A stretch of DNA of 64,000 bases. Origin: Dehalococcoidia bacterium. Lineage in GTDB: Bacteria > Chloroflexota > Dehalococcoidia > UBA2979. Below, in pieces: positions 11,065 to 20,373 of the stretch. Numbering within the stretch: position 1 is the stretch's first letter; each line of letters starts with the position of its first letter. A program made the position numbers and the translations under genes. The stretch covers positions 640,001 to 704,000 of the forward strand of contig OZ219872.1 in the NCBI GenBank assembly GCA_964291495.2, written 5' to 3'. Under the pieces are notes generated by a model. That model had not been told where the DNA came from. It saw only the letters and a list, made by a program, of their open reading frames with translations, and did no database searches.

Positions 11065-12279
11065 CTAGTCGCGCGCCAGGATCGTGCAGCCGTAGTTGCT
11101 CATCGGGCCGGACACGCTGCCGACCACGGCCAGCTTCGCGTCCCGCACCTGCCGTGGCCCGGCCTCGTGGCGCAGTTGCTCCACCGCCTCGGTCTGGAAC
11201 ATCACCGTCGAGCCGACGCCCGTCTGGCCGAGGTTCAGCATGCCGCCGTTGGTGTTGACGGGGAGCTCGCCGCCGAGCTCCAGGCGGCCGCCCTCGGCGA
11301 ACGGCCCGGACTCCCCCTTCTCGCAGAAGCCGAAGTCCTCGAGCTGCATCAGGACGGTCATCGTGAAGCTGTCGTACAGCTCGGCGAAGTCGATGTCTCC
11401 CCGCTCCACGCCCGCCTCGCCGAAGGCCTGGTCGGCCGCCTCCCGACCGTTGGTCCGGATCAGGTCGTGGCCGTCCTCCCAGCCCGTGCAGAGCGCGCCG
11501 ACGTGGTAGCCGGCGTGGTACTGGCCGACGCCGAGCATCCAGACCGGCGGGTGCTTGAGGTCCCGCGCCCGATCGGCGGTCGTGAGGATGTAGGCGTCGG
11601 AGCCGCCGCCGGTGGGGTAGCAGCAGTCGAGGATGTGGAACGGCGCGGCGACGTAGCGCGAGTTCAGCACGTCGTCGATCGTCACGACCTGCGGGAGCAG
11701 GGTCTTCGGATAGAGCGCGCCATGCTTGCTGGACGCGACCTTCACGGCCGCGAGATGCTCCGGCTTCGTTCCGTACTCGTACATGTGTCGCTGGGCGTGC
11801 AGCGCATAGAAACCGGGCGCGCCCAGCGGGCCGTAGATGACGTCGAACTCCCAGCTGAAGTGGTGCTGCCCCTGCATATAGGCGCCGGGCCGTGTGGCTC
11901 GTTCCGAGGCCCGGCCGCGGGCGCCGCCGCCGCCGCCGACGACCAGCACGTAGTTGGCCTCGCCCGACAGCAAGGCCCAGGTCGCCACCTTGTTCGCGAC
12001 GGCGGCCGCGATCCCGCCGTTGGTGATGGCAAGGCAGAGCGGTTTGGCCCTGCCGCTCATGCCGAGGTGCTCGAACACGCGATAGGCGATCTTCACGTCC
12101 TCGCTGTGTTCGCAGACGAGGACGCCGTCGATGTCTCGCTTGTTCAGCCCGGCGTCCTCGATCGCCCGCGCGGCGGCCTCGGCGTGGTAGCTGACGGCCG
12201 GAAGGCCGACCGTCCCGCGGGGGTGATAGATGGTGCTGCCGACCCCTACGACCGCGATCTCTCTCTGACCCTGCGCCAT
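11065..12279 (-). CDS. SCP-x/Ltp2-type thiolase-family protein
   Basis: IAVVGVG, LDCC, ELYDSFT, LEDFGFC, VNTNGG; adjacent DUF35 gene. Confidence 0.9.
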   Translation of the reverse strand: MAQGQREIAVVGVGSTIYHPRGTVGLPAVSYHAEAAARAIEDAGLNKRDIDGVLVCEHSEDVKIAYRVFEHLGMSGRAKPLCLAITNGGIAAAVANKVATWALLSGEANYVLVVGGGGGARGRASERATRPGAYMQGQHHFSWEFDVIYGPLGAPGFYALHAQRHMYEYGTKPEHLAAVKVASSKHGALYPKTLLPQVVTIDDVLNSRYVAAPFHILDCCYPTGGGSDAYILTTADRARDLKHPPVWMLGVGQYHAGYHVGALCTGWEDGHDLIRTNGREAADQAFGEAGVERGDIDFAELYDSFTMTVLMQLEDFGFCEKGESGPFAEGGRLELGGELPVNTNGGMLNLGQTGVGSTVMFQTEAVEQLRHEAGPRQVRDAKLAVVGSVSGPMSNYGCTILARD

Positions 12280-12523
12280 GGCAACCCCCAATGCTGAGCG
12301 CTCGCACCACGCGAGCCGGCAATGCGGCTCGAGCGTCCCGCCCCGAGCGTGAGCGAGCGCTCACCAATATCATTCGTTTTAGGCGCTGCGCCGCGAGGGC
12401 GTCAAGGGAGGCGCCGCCGCCGTGCGGGGACGACACCGGACACCACGCACGTTGTAGGCTCCTCACGACAAGACAGCGTGCGACCTCGACCGCCGCCGCA
12501 GATCGGAACGGGAGCGACTCACC

Positions 12524-13429
12524 ATGCCGGACCATGACTACAGCGACATCCTCACCATCCAGAACGAGCGACACGCGATCGTGCAGTTGAACCGCCCGGA
12601 GAAGATGAACGCGCTGAGCCACAACATGCGCGCCGAGCTGTTCGACGCCCTCAAGAACTTCGAGGCCGACCCGGACGTGCGCGTGATTATCATCCGCGGC
12701 TCGGGCCGGGCCTTCAGCGCGGGCTACGACCTCGCGGGCATCTCGGAGACAGACTCGGAGCGCGACTACATCGACACGCGCAGCGGGCTACCCGCCGTGG
12801 GGCCGGTCCACCCGGGCCAGGGCCAGTGGCCGCAGCACCTGCTCAGCGGCTACTGGCAGATCTGGGAGCTCACGAAGCCCGTGATCGCGCAGGTCCACGG
12901 CTACTGCCTCGCAGGTGCGACCGAGCTCGCGACGATGTGCGACCTCATGTTCGTGGCCGAGGACGCGCAGATCGGCTACCCACCGGTCCGCGCGATGACC
13001 AGCGTCGACATCGCCTACCACCCGTGGCATATGCCGATGCGCAAGGCCCGGGAGTTGCTGTACACCGGCGACCCGATCTCCGGGAAGGAAGCGGTCGAGA
13101 TCGGCTGGGCGAATCGCGCCTACCCCGTCGATCAGCTCGCCTTCGAGACGGAGGCCTTCGCGGAGCGCATCGCCCTGATCGATAGCCCCATGCTGCAGAT
13201 GACGAAGCGCCAGGTGAACCGCGCCTACGAGGTGATGGGCATCCGCAGCGCGCTCGCGGTCGGCGCCGACATCCAGACGCTCAGCGCCGTGCGCCCGGGC
13301 GGCGGGGAGTTCGGCCGCATCTCGCGCGAGCAAGGCCTGGGCGCGGCGCTCGCCTGGCGCGATGGCCCGTTCGGCGACTACGGGTCCGCGCCGCGGGAGG
13401 AGCCGCGCCCCGGCGCCGCAGACTGGTAG
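12524..13429 (+). CDS. Enoyl-CoA hydratase/isomerase family protein
   Basis: LNRPEKMNAL, AFSAGYDL, KPVIAQVHGYCLAG. Confidence 0.93.
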   Translation: MPDHDYSDILTIQNERHAIVQLNRPEKMNALSHNMRAELFDALKNFEADPDVRVIIIRGSGRAFSAGYDLAGISETDSERDYIDTRSGLPAVGPVHPGQGQWPQHLLSGYWQIWELTKPVIAQVHGYCLAGATELATMCDLMFVAEDAQIGYPPVRAMTSVDIAYHPWHMPMRKARELLYTGDPISGKEAVEIGWANRAYPVDQLAFETEAFAERIALIDSPMLQMTKRQVNRAYEVMGIRSALAVGADIQTLSAVRPGGGEFGRISREQGLGAALAWRDGPFGDYGSAPREEPRPGAADW

Positions 13430-13457
13430 CAGCGAGGACCGCGTCGCCCCGCCCGAA

Positions 13458-14627
13458 CTACCAGCCGGGCAGCCCCGACGGCAGGCCGAGGAAGACGCGG
13501 CCCGCGCCCTCGTAGTTGCCCGGCGCCGCCGCGGCGTGCTGCACCGCCACGTGCACATCGCGGAAGTAGCGCTCCAGGCGGTTGGCGGTGTGCGCGGCGT
13601 TCGTGCCCGCGGCCGAGAAGGCGAGGTCGACGGCGCGTGCCGACTCGTGCCCCGCGTGCGTGATCGCCAGCCGGACGTTCGCGATCTCGCGCGTCGGGTC
13701 CGCGACGCGACGCTCCGAGGCCTCCCAGGCCTCGGAGACGGCATCGAGCAGGTAGGCGCGCGCCGAGCGCACGATCGCCTCGGCCTCGCCGACGAGGCGC
13801 TGGACGCGCTCGCGGTCGCGCAGCAGCGTGCGCGATCCCGTCGAGCCCCGCCCGGAGGCGAGGTCGCGCAGTTCATCGATCGCGCCGCGCGCGATGCCGA
13901 GCGCGCAGCCGGCGTGCACGGTGTGGCTCCAGATGCCGTAGAAGCGCGCACGGTAGAGCGGGCTCTCGATCGCCGGCGGCTCCAGGCGCGAGACCGTACG
14001 CTCGGGGGGCACGTAGAGGTTGTCGACCTCGAAGTCGAAGCTGCCGGTGCCCTTCAGCCCGACGACGTGCCAGGTGTCGATGATCTCGCCGTCGCGCACG
14101 GGGACGGCGGCGGCGCGGGTACGCGGCACGCCGTTGTCGTCGCGCAACGGCTCGTCGCCGTCCATCAGCACGCAGGCGCCGAACATCCAGCTGGAGTGCT
14201 CGATGCCGCTCTGGAAGTTCCAGCGCCCGTTGACGCGGTAGCCCTCGCCCTCGCGTTCTGCGCGCCCGAGGGCGCGGTTGGAGCCGGCCGCCCGCAGCGA
14301 GCCGGTCATCGCCTGCATCTCGTGCACGGCGTCCGGGTGCATCCAGGCGAAGCGGCGGCTCAGCACCGATCCGATCATGCAGACCCAGCCCGTCGAGCCG
14401 TCGGCCATCGAGATCTCCTCGATGGCGGTCGCGGCGGACCGCGGATCGGCCTGGGGGCCGCCGTAGGCTTCCGGCAGGTAGAGCTGGTAGAGCCCGGCCG
14501 CCTCCAGCTTCGCGTCCAGCGCCTCGGGGACGCGGCGCGTCTCCTCGATCTCGTCGGAGGCGGCGCTGATCAGCGGCGCCAGCTCGCGTGCGCTATCGAC
14601 GATCGGGTGCAGGGCGGGCAGTGCCAT
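13458..14627 (-). CDS. Acyl-CoA dehydrogenase-fold flavin-dependent monooxygenase (HsaA-like)
   Basis: DGSTGWV, GRWNFQSG, DTWHVVGLKGTGS, LERYFRD. Confidence 0.85.
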   Translation of the reverse strand: MALPALHPIVDSARELAPLISAASDEIEETRRVPEALDAKLEAAGLYQLYLPEAYGGPQADPRSAATAIEEISMADGSTGWVCMIGSVLSRRFAWMHPDAVHEMQAMTGSLRAAGSNRALGRAEREGEGYRVNGRWNFQSGIEHSSWMFGACVLMDGDEPLRDDNGVPRTRAAAVPVRDGEIIDTWHVVGLKGTGSFDFEVDNLYVPPERTVSRLEPPAIESPLYRARFYGIWSHTVHAGCALGIARGAIDELRDLASGRGSTGSRTLLRDRERVQRLVGEAEAIVRSARAYLLDAVSEAWEASERRVADPTREIANVRLAITHAGHESARAVDLAFSAAGTNAAHTANRLERYFRDVHVAVQHAAAAPGNYEGAGRVFLGLPSGLPGW

Positions 14628-14725
14628 GCGTCGTCCCCTCCGCCGCGATCATAGCGCGAGTCACTACTCGCGGGCGCGCTATCATCGGCGCGTCACGCCG
14701 GGTCCGTGTCGAAGGGAGCGTCGCG

Positions 14726-15853
14726 ATGTCCGAGGCGGCTGCGTCGAAGCTGTGGGAGGACGTGAGCGAGGGGGAGCGGCTGCCCGATCTGGAGCTGCCG
14801 ATCACGTTCCGCACCGGCATCCTCGCCGTGGTCGGGATGCGCGACTTCAACCCCGTGCACCACTACACGGACTACGCGCAGCGCACCAGCGGCAACCGCG
14901 ACAGCTGGATGAACACGATGTGGCACCAGGGCCTGTTCGCTCGCTTCGCCACCGACTGGCTCGGCCCCGACAGCGACTTCCGCAGCACCTGGCTGCACAT
15001 GACCGGCTTCATCCACCCCGGCGATACCGTCACCGTCGAGGGCGAGGTCACCCGCCGCTTCGAGGAGGACGGCGAGCCTCGCGTCGAGCTCACGATCGCC
15101 GCGCGCACGGAGGCCGGCGGCTACGTCGCGCGCGCCGGCGCGGACCTCGCGATGCCCTCGCGCGAGGGCGGCGCGGTGCGCGTCCGCGAGGGCTTCGTGA
15201 AGCCCTCGGTGGAGGTCGACCCGGAGCTGCCGGACTTCGCGAAGCCGTGGATCGGTCAGCAGACGGACCCGCTCTGGGGCGGGTACCCGGTCAGCGAGGC
15301 GCAGATCATGTACTGGGCGGACATGGTCGAGGACGCCAACCCGCTCTACTACGACAGCGAGTACGCCCGGGGCAGCCGCCACGGCGGCGTGATCGCCCCG
15401 CTGCCCTCGCTCTTCACCTGGATGATGGGCCGCCCCAGCCACTTCGGCGAGCCGTTCGAGCTGGCCGACCCGGACGCGCCGAGCGTGAAGCCGTGGCCAC
15501 CCTCGCGCGAGATGGAGGGCGGACGGGTTCTCGGGAACCGCCTGATCACGACGCTGCTCTCGGGCGACTGGCGGCCGCCGGGCACGACGCGCTACGCGGC
15601 GCAGCGCGTGCGGCAGGACTACGGCGCGCCGCTGCGCCCCGGTGACTGGCTCTACACCCGCTCCGAGGTGGCGAACTGCACCTCGCGCAAGCGCACGCGC
15701 CTCGGCGAGGGGCACTTCCTGACGCTGCTCACCTCGTTCTACCGCCACCCGCCGGAGGGGGAGGACGAGCTGATCGGCGCGAGCCAGTACGCCTTCTTCT
15801 TCTACGAGGCGGAGCAGGGCATCGGCACGCCGGCGGCGCGCTCCTCGGGCTGA
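14726..15853 (+). CDS. Double MaoC/hot-dog fold dehydratase
   Basis: RDFNPVHH in first domain, VEDANPLYYD...GVIAP in second. Confidence 0.82.
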   Translation: MSEAAASKLWEDVSEGERLPDLELPITFRTGILAVVGMRDFNPVHHYTDYAQRTSGNRDSWMNTMWHQGLFARFATDWLGPDSDFRSTWLHMTGFIHPGDTVTVEGEVTRRFEEDGEPRVELTIAARTEAGGYVARAGADLAMPSREGGAVRVREGFVKPSVEVDPELPDFAKPWIGQQTDPLWGGYPVSEAQIMYWADMVEDANPLYYDSEYARGSRHGGVIAPLPSLFTWMMGRPSHFGEPFELADPDAPSVKPWPPSREMEGGRVLGNRLITTLLSGDWRPPGTTRYAAQRVRQDYGAPLRPGDWLYTRSEVANCTSRKRTRLGEGHFLTLLTSFYRHPPEGEDELIGASQYAFFFYEAEQGIGTPAARSSG

Positions 15854-15917
15854 TCGCGCCTCGCACTCCAACCGCGCCGCCTTGCGGAGTGCTCGGCTGC
15901 GCTCGCAGAATCAGCGT

Positions 15918-16014
15918 GGGAGTGGATGGTGTCCGGTGGCGCCCGCGGTCTTCAAAACCGTTGTGGGGCTACGTGGTAGTCCCGGGTGGGTTCGACTCCC
16001 ACGCACTCCCGCCA
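15918..16014 (+). tRNA. selC: tRNA-Sec (anticodon UCA)
   Basis: 6-bp D stem GGTGTC/GGCGCC, anticodon arm GCGGT-CTTCAAA-ACCGT, long variable arm, GTGGG-TTCGACT-CCCAC, 3' GCCA. Confidence 0.96.
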
Positions 16015-16143
16015 CCTGAACACGCCGCAGCGCCGCCCGGTCCCACGCGAGCGCGCGCCCTCGCGAGCCGCGAGGGCTAGACTCCGCCGAACGGCGCGAG
16101 GCCCCCCGGCGCTCGTGCTGCTCGCGAGAGTGACGGACGCCCC

Positions 16144-17625
16144 TTGACCACTCCCCGAGGCCCCGGCAGCTCCCTGAGGCCGCGCGCGCCCGGCTCCGGC
16201 GACAACTACAAGTGGTGGGCCTTCAGCGCGATCGGAATCTCCTTCTTCACGCAGGTGATGAGCATCTCGATGGTGTTCGTCGCGCTCGCCGCGATCGCCG
16301 ACGACTTCGGGGTCACGCTGCGCGAGGTCTCCTGGGTGGTGGTCGCGCAGGCGCTGACGATCAGCGCGCTGATGATGCCAATGGGACGCCTCGCCGACAT
16401 CGTCGGCCGGAGGCGCGTCCACCTGCTGGGATTGCTGGTGTATGGAGGCGGCGCGATCGCCACCGTGCTCGCGCCGACGTTCGGCGCGCTGATCGCCGCG
16501 CGCGTGCTGATGGCCACCGGCAACTCGATGGGGCAGTCGGTCGGCACCGCGATGGTGGTCTCGGTGTTCCCGCCCGAAGAGCGCGGCAAGGCGATCGGCG
16601 CGCAGACGACCGCGGTCGCGATCGGCGGCGCCTCCGGGCCAATCGTGGGCGGCCTCGTGCTGCAGTGGCTGCCTTGGGAGGCGCTGTTCGTGCTGACGCT
16701 GATCCCCACGGGCATCGCGCTGGTCTGGGGCTACCTGATCCTCGACGACGCGCGCATGAACCAGCCGCGCGGCGAGCGCGCGCCGTTCGACTACGGCGGC
16801 GCGCTGCTCTCCGCGGCGGCGATCGCGCTGCTGGTGCTGACGATCAACAACCCGCTGCGCCTGGGCTGGACGTCGCCGCCGATGCTCGCCAGCCTCGCCG
16901 CCGTCGTGCTGCTGTTCGTGGCGTTCACGCGCCGGGAGCTGCGCACCGAGGCGCCGATGCTCGAACTGCGGCTGTTCGACAACGCCGTGTTCAGCATGGC
17001 CGTGCTCGCGCGTCTCGGCGGCTTCATGTCGATGACCATCTCGCGCTTCCTGATCCCGATCTACCTGATCAGCGTGCGGGAGCTGGAGGAGGCCGCCGCC
17101 GGTGGGTTGATCTTCCTCACCTCGCTCGGCATGGGCATCGCCGCCCAGGGCTCGGGGCGGCTCTCGGACCGCTTCGGCACGCGCCCGTTCGCGATCGCGG
17201 GATTCGGCATCCTGCTGCTTGTGACGCTGCCGATGGCGTTCTTCGACGGCGGCACGCCGATCGTCATCGTGGCGCTGCTGCTGCTCGGGACCGGTCTGGG
17301 AATGGGAACCTGGAACGTGCCAAACAACAGCGCGATCATGGGCGCCGTTCACCCCTCGCGCCTGGGCGTCGTCGGGGCGCTGACCAACCTCACGAGGAAC
17401 GCCGGCAACGTGATCGGCCAGGCGATCGCCGCCGGGGTCGTCGCCGCCGTCATGGCCGCCGGCGGGTTCGACATCCCGCTCAGCGAGATCGCCGACACGC
17501 CGGGCGCGGCGCGCTCGTTCATCGACGGCTGGCGTGCCGCCTTCGCCCTGGCTGCGGGGTTCGCGATCGCAAGCCTGGTGCTCGCGATCCGCACGAGGCC
17601 GGCATTCGAGCGCGCCCTGCGCTAG
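16144..17625 (+). CDS. MFS transporter, DHA2/EmrB-like (start uncertain)
   Basis: GRLADIVGRRR motif A, many TM helices, GRLSDRFG. Confidence 0.9.
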   Translation: MTTPRGPGSSLRPRAPGSGDNYKWWAFSAIGISFFTQVMSISMVFVALAAIADDFGVTLREVSWVVVAQALTISALMMPMGRLADIVGRRRVHLLGLLVYGGGAIATVLAPTFGALIAARVLMATGNSMGQSVGTAMVVSVFPPEERGKAIGAQTTAVAIGGASGPIVGGLVLQWLPWEALFVLTLIPTGIALVWGYLILDDARMNQPRGERAPFDYGGALLSAAAIALLVLTINNPLRLGWTSPPMLASLAAVVLLFVAFTRRELRTEAPMLELRLFDNAVFSMAVLARLGGFMSMTISRFLIPIYLISVRELEEAAAGGLIFLTSLGMGIAAQGSGRLSDRFGTRPFAIAGFGILLLVTLPMAFFDGGTPIVIVALLLLGTGLGMGTWNVPNNSAIMGAVHPSRLGVVGALTNLTRNAGNVIGQAIAAGVVAAVMAAGGFDIPLSEIADTPGAARSFIDGWRAAFALAAGFAIASLVLAIRTRPAFERALR

Positions 17626-17718
17626 CGGCGGACCGGGGGGCCGCGCGCCGCCGCTCGCTCCGCGATTTGGCAGAATGCGACCGGGACCGCGCCTCGCGTG
17701 GCCGGCGCCGTGGGGAGG

Positions 17719-19005
17719 ATGCCGATGGACGCAGGAGCACTGGCGGGAATTCGCGTGCTGGAGTTCTCGCAGATCGTGGCCGGGCCATACCTCGGCTGCA
17801 TCCTCTCCGACCTCGGGGCGGAGGTGGTGAAGGTGGAGCGGCCGGGCGGCGACTTCCACCGCAACTGGGGCGCGGTCGTCCCCCACGAGGGCAAGCGCTT
17901 CCAGTCGCTCAACCGCGGCAAGCGCAGCATCGTCGTCGACATCGGCCGGCCGCAGGGCCGCGAGCTGATCCGCGAGCTCGTGCGCGGCTTCGACGTGGTG
18001 ACCAACAACTTCCGCGCGAACATCGCCGAGCGCCTCGGGATCGACTTCGAGACGCTGCGCGAGGCGCGGCCAGACCTCATCTACTGCCAGATCAGCGGCT
18101 GGGGCACGACCGGGCCGATGGCCGACCTCGGAGCAAACGACCCGGTGATCTGCGCCTACTCCGGGCTCACTGTCGGCGACGGCAAGGTAACCGCGGAGGG
18201 CGTACCGCAGACCGTCTCCTGCTCGGTGATCGCGGACCACGGCGCCGGCCTCGCGGCGGCGGTCGGCATCGTCTCCGCCCTCTACCACCGCGAGCGCACG
18301 GGCGAGGGTCAGCGCATCGACACGGCACTGCTGCAAGCCGCGCTCTCGATCCAGCCGACGCAGGTGATGCGCGAGCCCGTCGAGGACGCGACGTTCCGCG
18401 ATCCGATGGTGGAGCGCATCCGCGAGGCGCGCGCCGCCGGCCAGCCGTACCCCGCCGTCCTCGAGGCGCGGCGCAACTCGCGCCGCTCGGAAGCGGCCTG
18501 GCGCGGCTTCTCGCGCGCCTTCGCCACCAGCGACGGCGTCATCCAGCTCGGCGCGATCACGCCGCGCATCCGCGACACCGTGCGGCGCATGGTCGGCATC
18601 GAGGGCGACCGCAGCGACGACCCGGACTTCGACGTGGACGACCCCGCCAGCGAGGCGTTCAACGACTATCGCGAGCAGACGATCGCCGCCTACCTCGCGG
18701 CGCGCACCACGGTGGAGCTGATCGAGGAGTTCAGCGCGGCCGGCGTCCCGATCGCGCCCGTCCAGGCGCCCGAGGAGCTCTCCGACGATCCGCAGGTGCA
18801 GGCGGCCGGCTTCATGGCGCAGCTCGAGCATCCGCTGACGGGGCCGCAGCAGGTGATGGGGCCGGTGCTGGACATGAGCGGCACGCCGACGCGCGTGCAG
18901 GGGCCCGCGCCAATCCTCGGCGCGGACAGCAACGAGGTGCTGGCGGAGGCCGGCCTGACCGGCGCCGCGATCGAGTCGCTGCGCGCCGACGGCGTCATCG
19001 AGTAA
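17719..19005 (+). CDS. Family III CoA-transferase (CaiB/BaiF)
   Basis: LAGIRVLEFSQIVAGP, DLGAEVVKVE, LNRGKRS. Confidence 0.93.
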   Translation: MPMDAGALAGIRVLEFSQIVAGPYLGCILSDLGAEVVKVERPGGDFHRNWGAVVPHEGKRFQSLNRGKRSIVVDIGRPQGRELIRELVRGFDVVTNNFRANIAERLGIDFETLREARPDLIYCQISGWGTTGPMADLGANDPVICAYSGLTVGDGKVTAEGVPQTVSCSVIADHGAGLAAAVGIVSALYHRERTGEGQRIDTALLQAALSIQPTQVMREPVEDATFRDPMVERIREARAAGQPYPAVLEARRNSRRSEAAWRGFSRAFATSDGVIQLGAITPRIRDTVRRMVGIEGDRSDDPDFDVDDPASEAFNDYREQTIAAYLAARTTVELIEEFSAAGVPIAPVQAPEELSDDPQVQAAGFMAQLEHPLTGPQQVMGPVLDMSGTPTRVQGPAPILGADSNEVLAEAGLTGAAIESLRADGVIE

Positions 19006-19019
19006 CGGGGGGCCGGACG

Positions 19020-19817
19020 ATGAGCGAGCAGGACATCGAGTACGAGCTGCGCGACCGGATCGCCTGGATCACGATCAACCGCCCGGAGCGGCGCAACGCG
19101 CTGACCAGGCACAACATGAGCGTCGACCTGCCGGACACGTGGCTGCGCTTCGAGGCCGACGAGGAGGCGCGCATCGCGATCATCAGCGGCGCCGGCGAGT
19201 TCGCCTTCTGCGCCGGGATGGACGTGAAGGAGCGCGCCGGGGCCTTCGAGCGCAGCGCCGACGGCGGCGCCTCCGAGCAGACCCGCGAGACGCGTGTCTC
19301 GCCTCGCGCGAATGGTGTCACGAAGCCCGTGATCGGCGCCGTCAACGGCGTCTGCACCGGCGTCGGCATGCAGATCGTCGCCGACTGCGACCTGCTGATC
19401 GCCTCGGAGGACGCCTGGTTCAGCGACGCCCGCACGAGCGTCGGGCTGGTGCCCGCGCTGGGCGCGGCGGAGCTGGCGCGGGCGATGCCGCCGCACGAGG
19501 CGCTGCGGCTGCTCTTCCTCGGGCGGCACGGGCGGATGACGGCGGAGCGCGCCTACCAGATCGGCTTCGTCGGCGAGCTGGTCCCGCCCGGCGAGCTGCA
19601 CGAGGCGGCCGAGCAACTGGCGCGCACCGTGCTGCGCAACGCGCCGCACGCCGTGCGGCTGGCGAAGCAGGCGGTCTGGGAGAGCCTCGATCGCGGCCTC
19701 GTCGACGGCATGGCGAACGCCCGCGCGATCGCCGCCGCCAACCCGACGCTCGAGGACGTGCGCGAGGGCGCGCGCGCCTTCGTCGAACGCCGTGATCCGG
19801 AGTGGAAGCTGCGCTGA
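19020..19817 (+). CDS. Enoyl-CoA hydratase/isomerase family protein
   Basis: INRPERRNAL, AFCAGMD, KPVIGAVNG, EGARAFVERR. Confidence 0.92.
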   Translation: MSEQDIEYELRDRIAWITINRPERRNALTRHNMSVDLPDTWLRFEADEEARIAIISGAGEFAFCAGMDVKERAGAFERSADGGASEQTRETRVSPRANGVTKPVIGAVNGVCTGVGMQIVADCDLLIASEDAWFSDARTSVGLVPALGAAELARAMPPHEALRLLFLGRHGRMTAERAYQIGFVGELVPPGELHEAAEQLARTVLRNAPHAVRLAKQAVWESLDRGLVDGMANARAIAAANPTLEDVREGARAFVERRDPEWKLR

Positions 19818-19820
19818 GGT

Positions 19821-20099
19821 CTACGCGGCCGGGGCGGCCTCGCGGCGGGCGGCCGCGAGGGCGTCCTCTTCGTCCCACCGGGTGGCCGGGTCGATCGGCT
19901 CGGGGATCTCGTAGCCATGCTCGAGCTGGGACTCGATCCAGAGGCTCATCGCCTCGCTGAGGTTGCGGTTCGCCTCGTCAGGCGTGTCGCCCCCGCTGAA
20001 GCACCCTTCGAGTTCGAGCACGCGCGCGGACCAGCCGCCATTCTCGTCCGACTCGAGGATGCGGGTGTACGGCCGCTGCATGTAGTCGTCGACGTTCAT
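19821..20099 (-). CDS. hicB: HicB-family antitoxin (short)
   Basis: ELEGCFSGGDTPDEANRNLSEAM...IPEP. Confidence 0.9.
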   Translation of the reverse strand: MNVDDYMQRPYTRILESDENGGWSARVLELEGCFSGGDTPDEANRNLSEAMSLWIESQLEHGYEIPEPIDPATRWDEEDALAAARREAAPAA

Positions 20100-20100
20100 G

Positions 20101-20331
20101 TCAGCCCTCCAACTCCCGGATCAGTTGGTTGATGATATCGCGCGTCGTGCCCACTTGGAGGTCATTCTGCACGACCAGCGGCCGGCGCGCCCCGGCCTTG
20201 CGGTAGATGTGGTGGCCTCCGCGGGTGCGGGCGAGGGTCCAACCCTGTTCCTCGACGAGGGCCGCGACCTCGCGAAACCGCATGTTCGCGGCCCGCTGGC
20301 GAAGCGCCTTCAGTTCCGCCGCCGTCCGCAT
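20101..20331 (-). CDS. hicA: HicA-family mRNA interferase toxin
   Basis: GWTLARTRGGHHIY; directly upstream of hicB. Confidence 0.88.
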   Translation of the reverse strand: MRTAAELKALRQRAANMRFREVAALVEEQGWTLARTRGGHHIYRKAGARRPLVVQNDLQVGTTRDIINQLIRELEG

Positions 20332-20373
20332 CGGCTCCTCCCGGCCCGCCCTCGGATCGCGTCCGCCTGAGCG

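Noticed and set aside
15952-18831. 959-aa minus-strand ORF and similar long shadow ORFs throughout the window
   Set aside because: Antisense to well-supported genes; expected at this GC content
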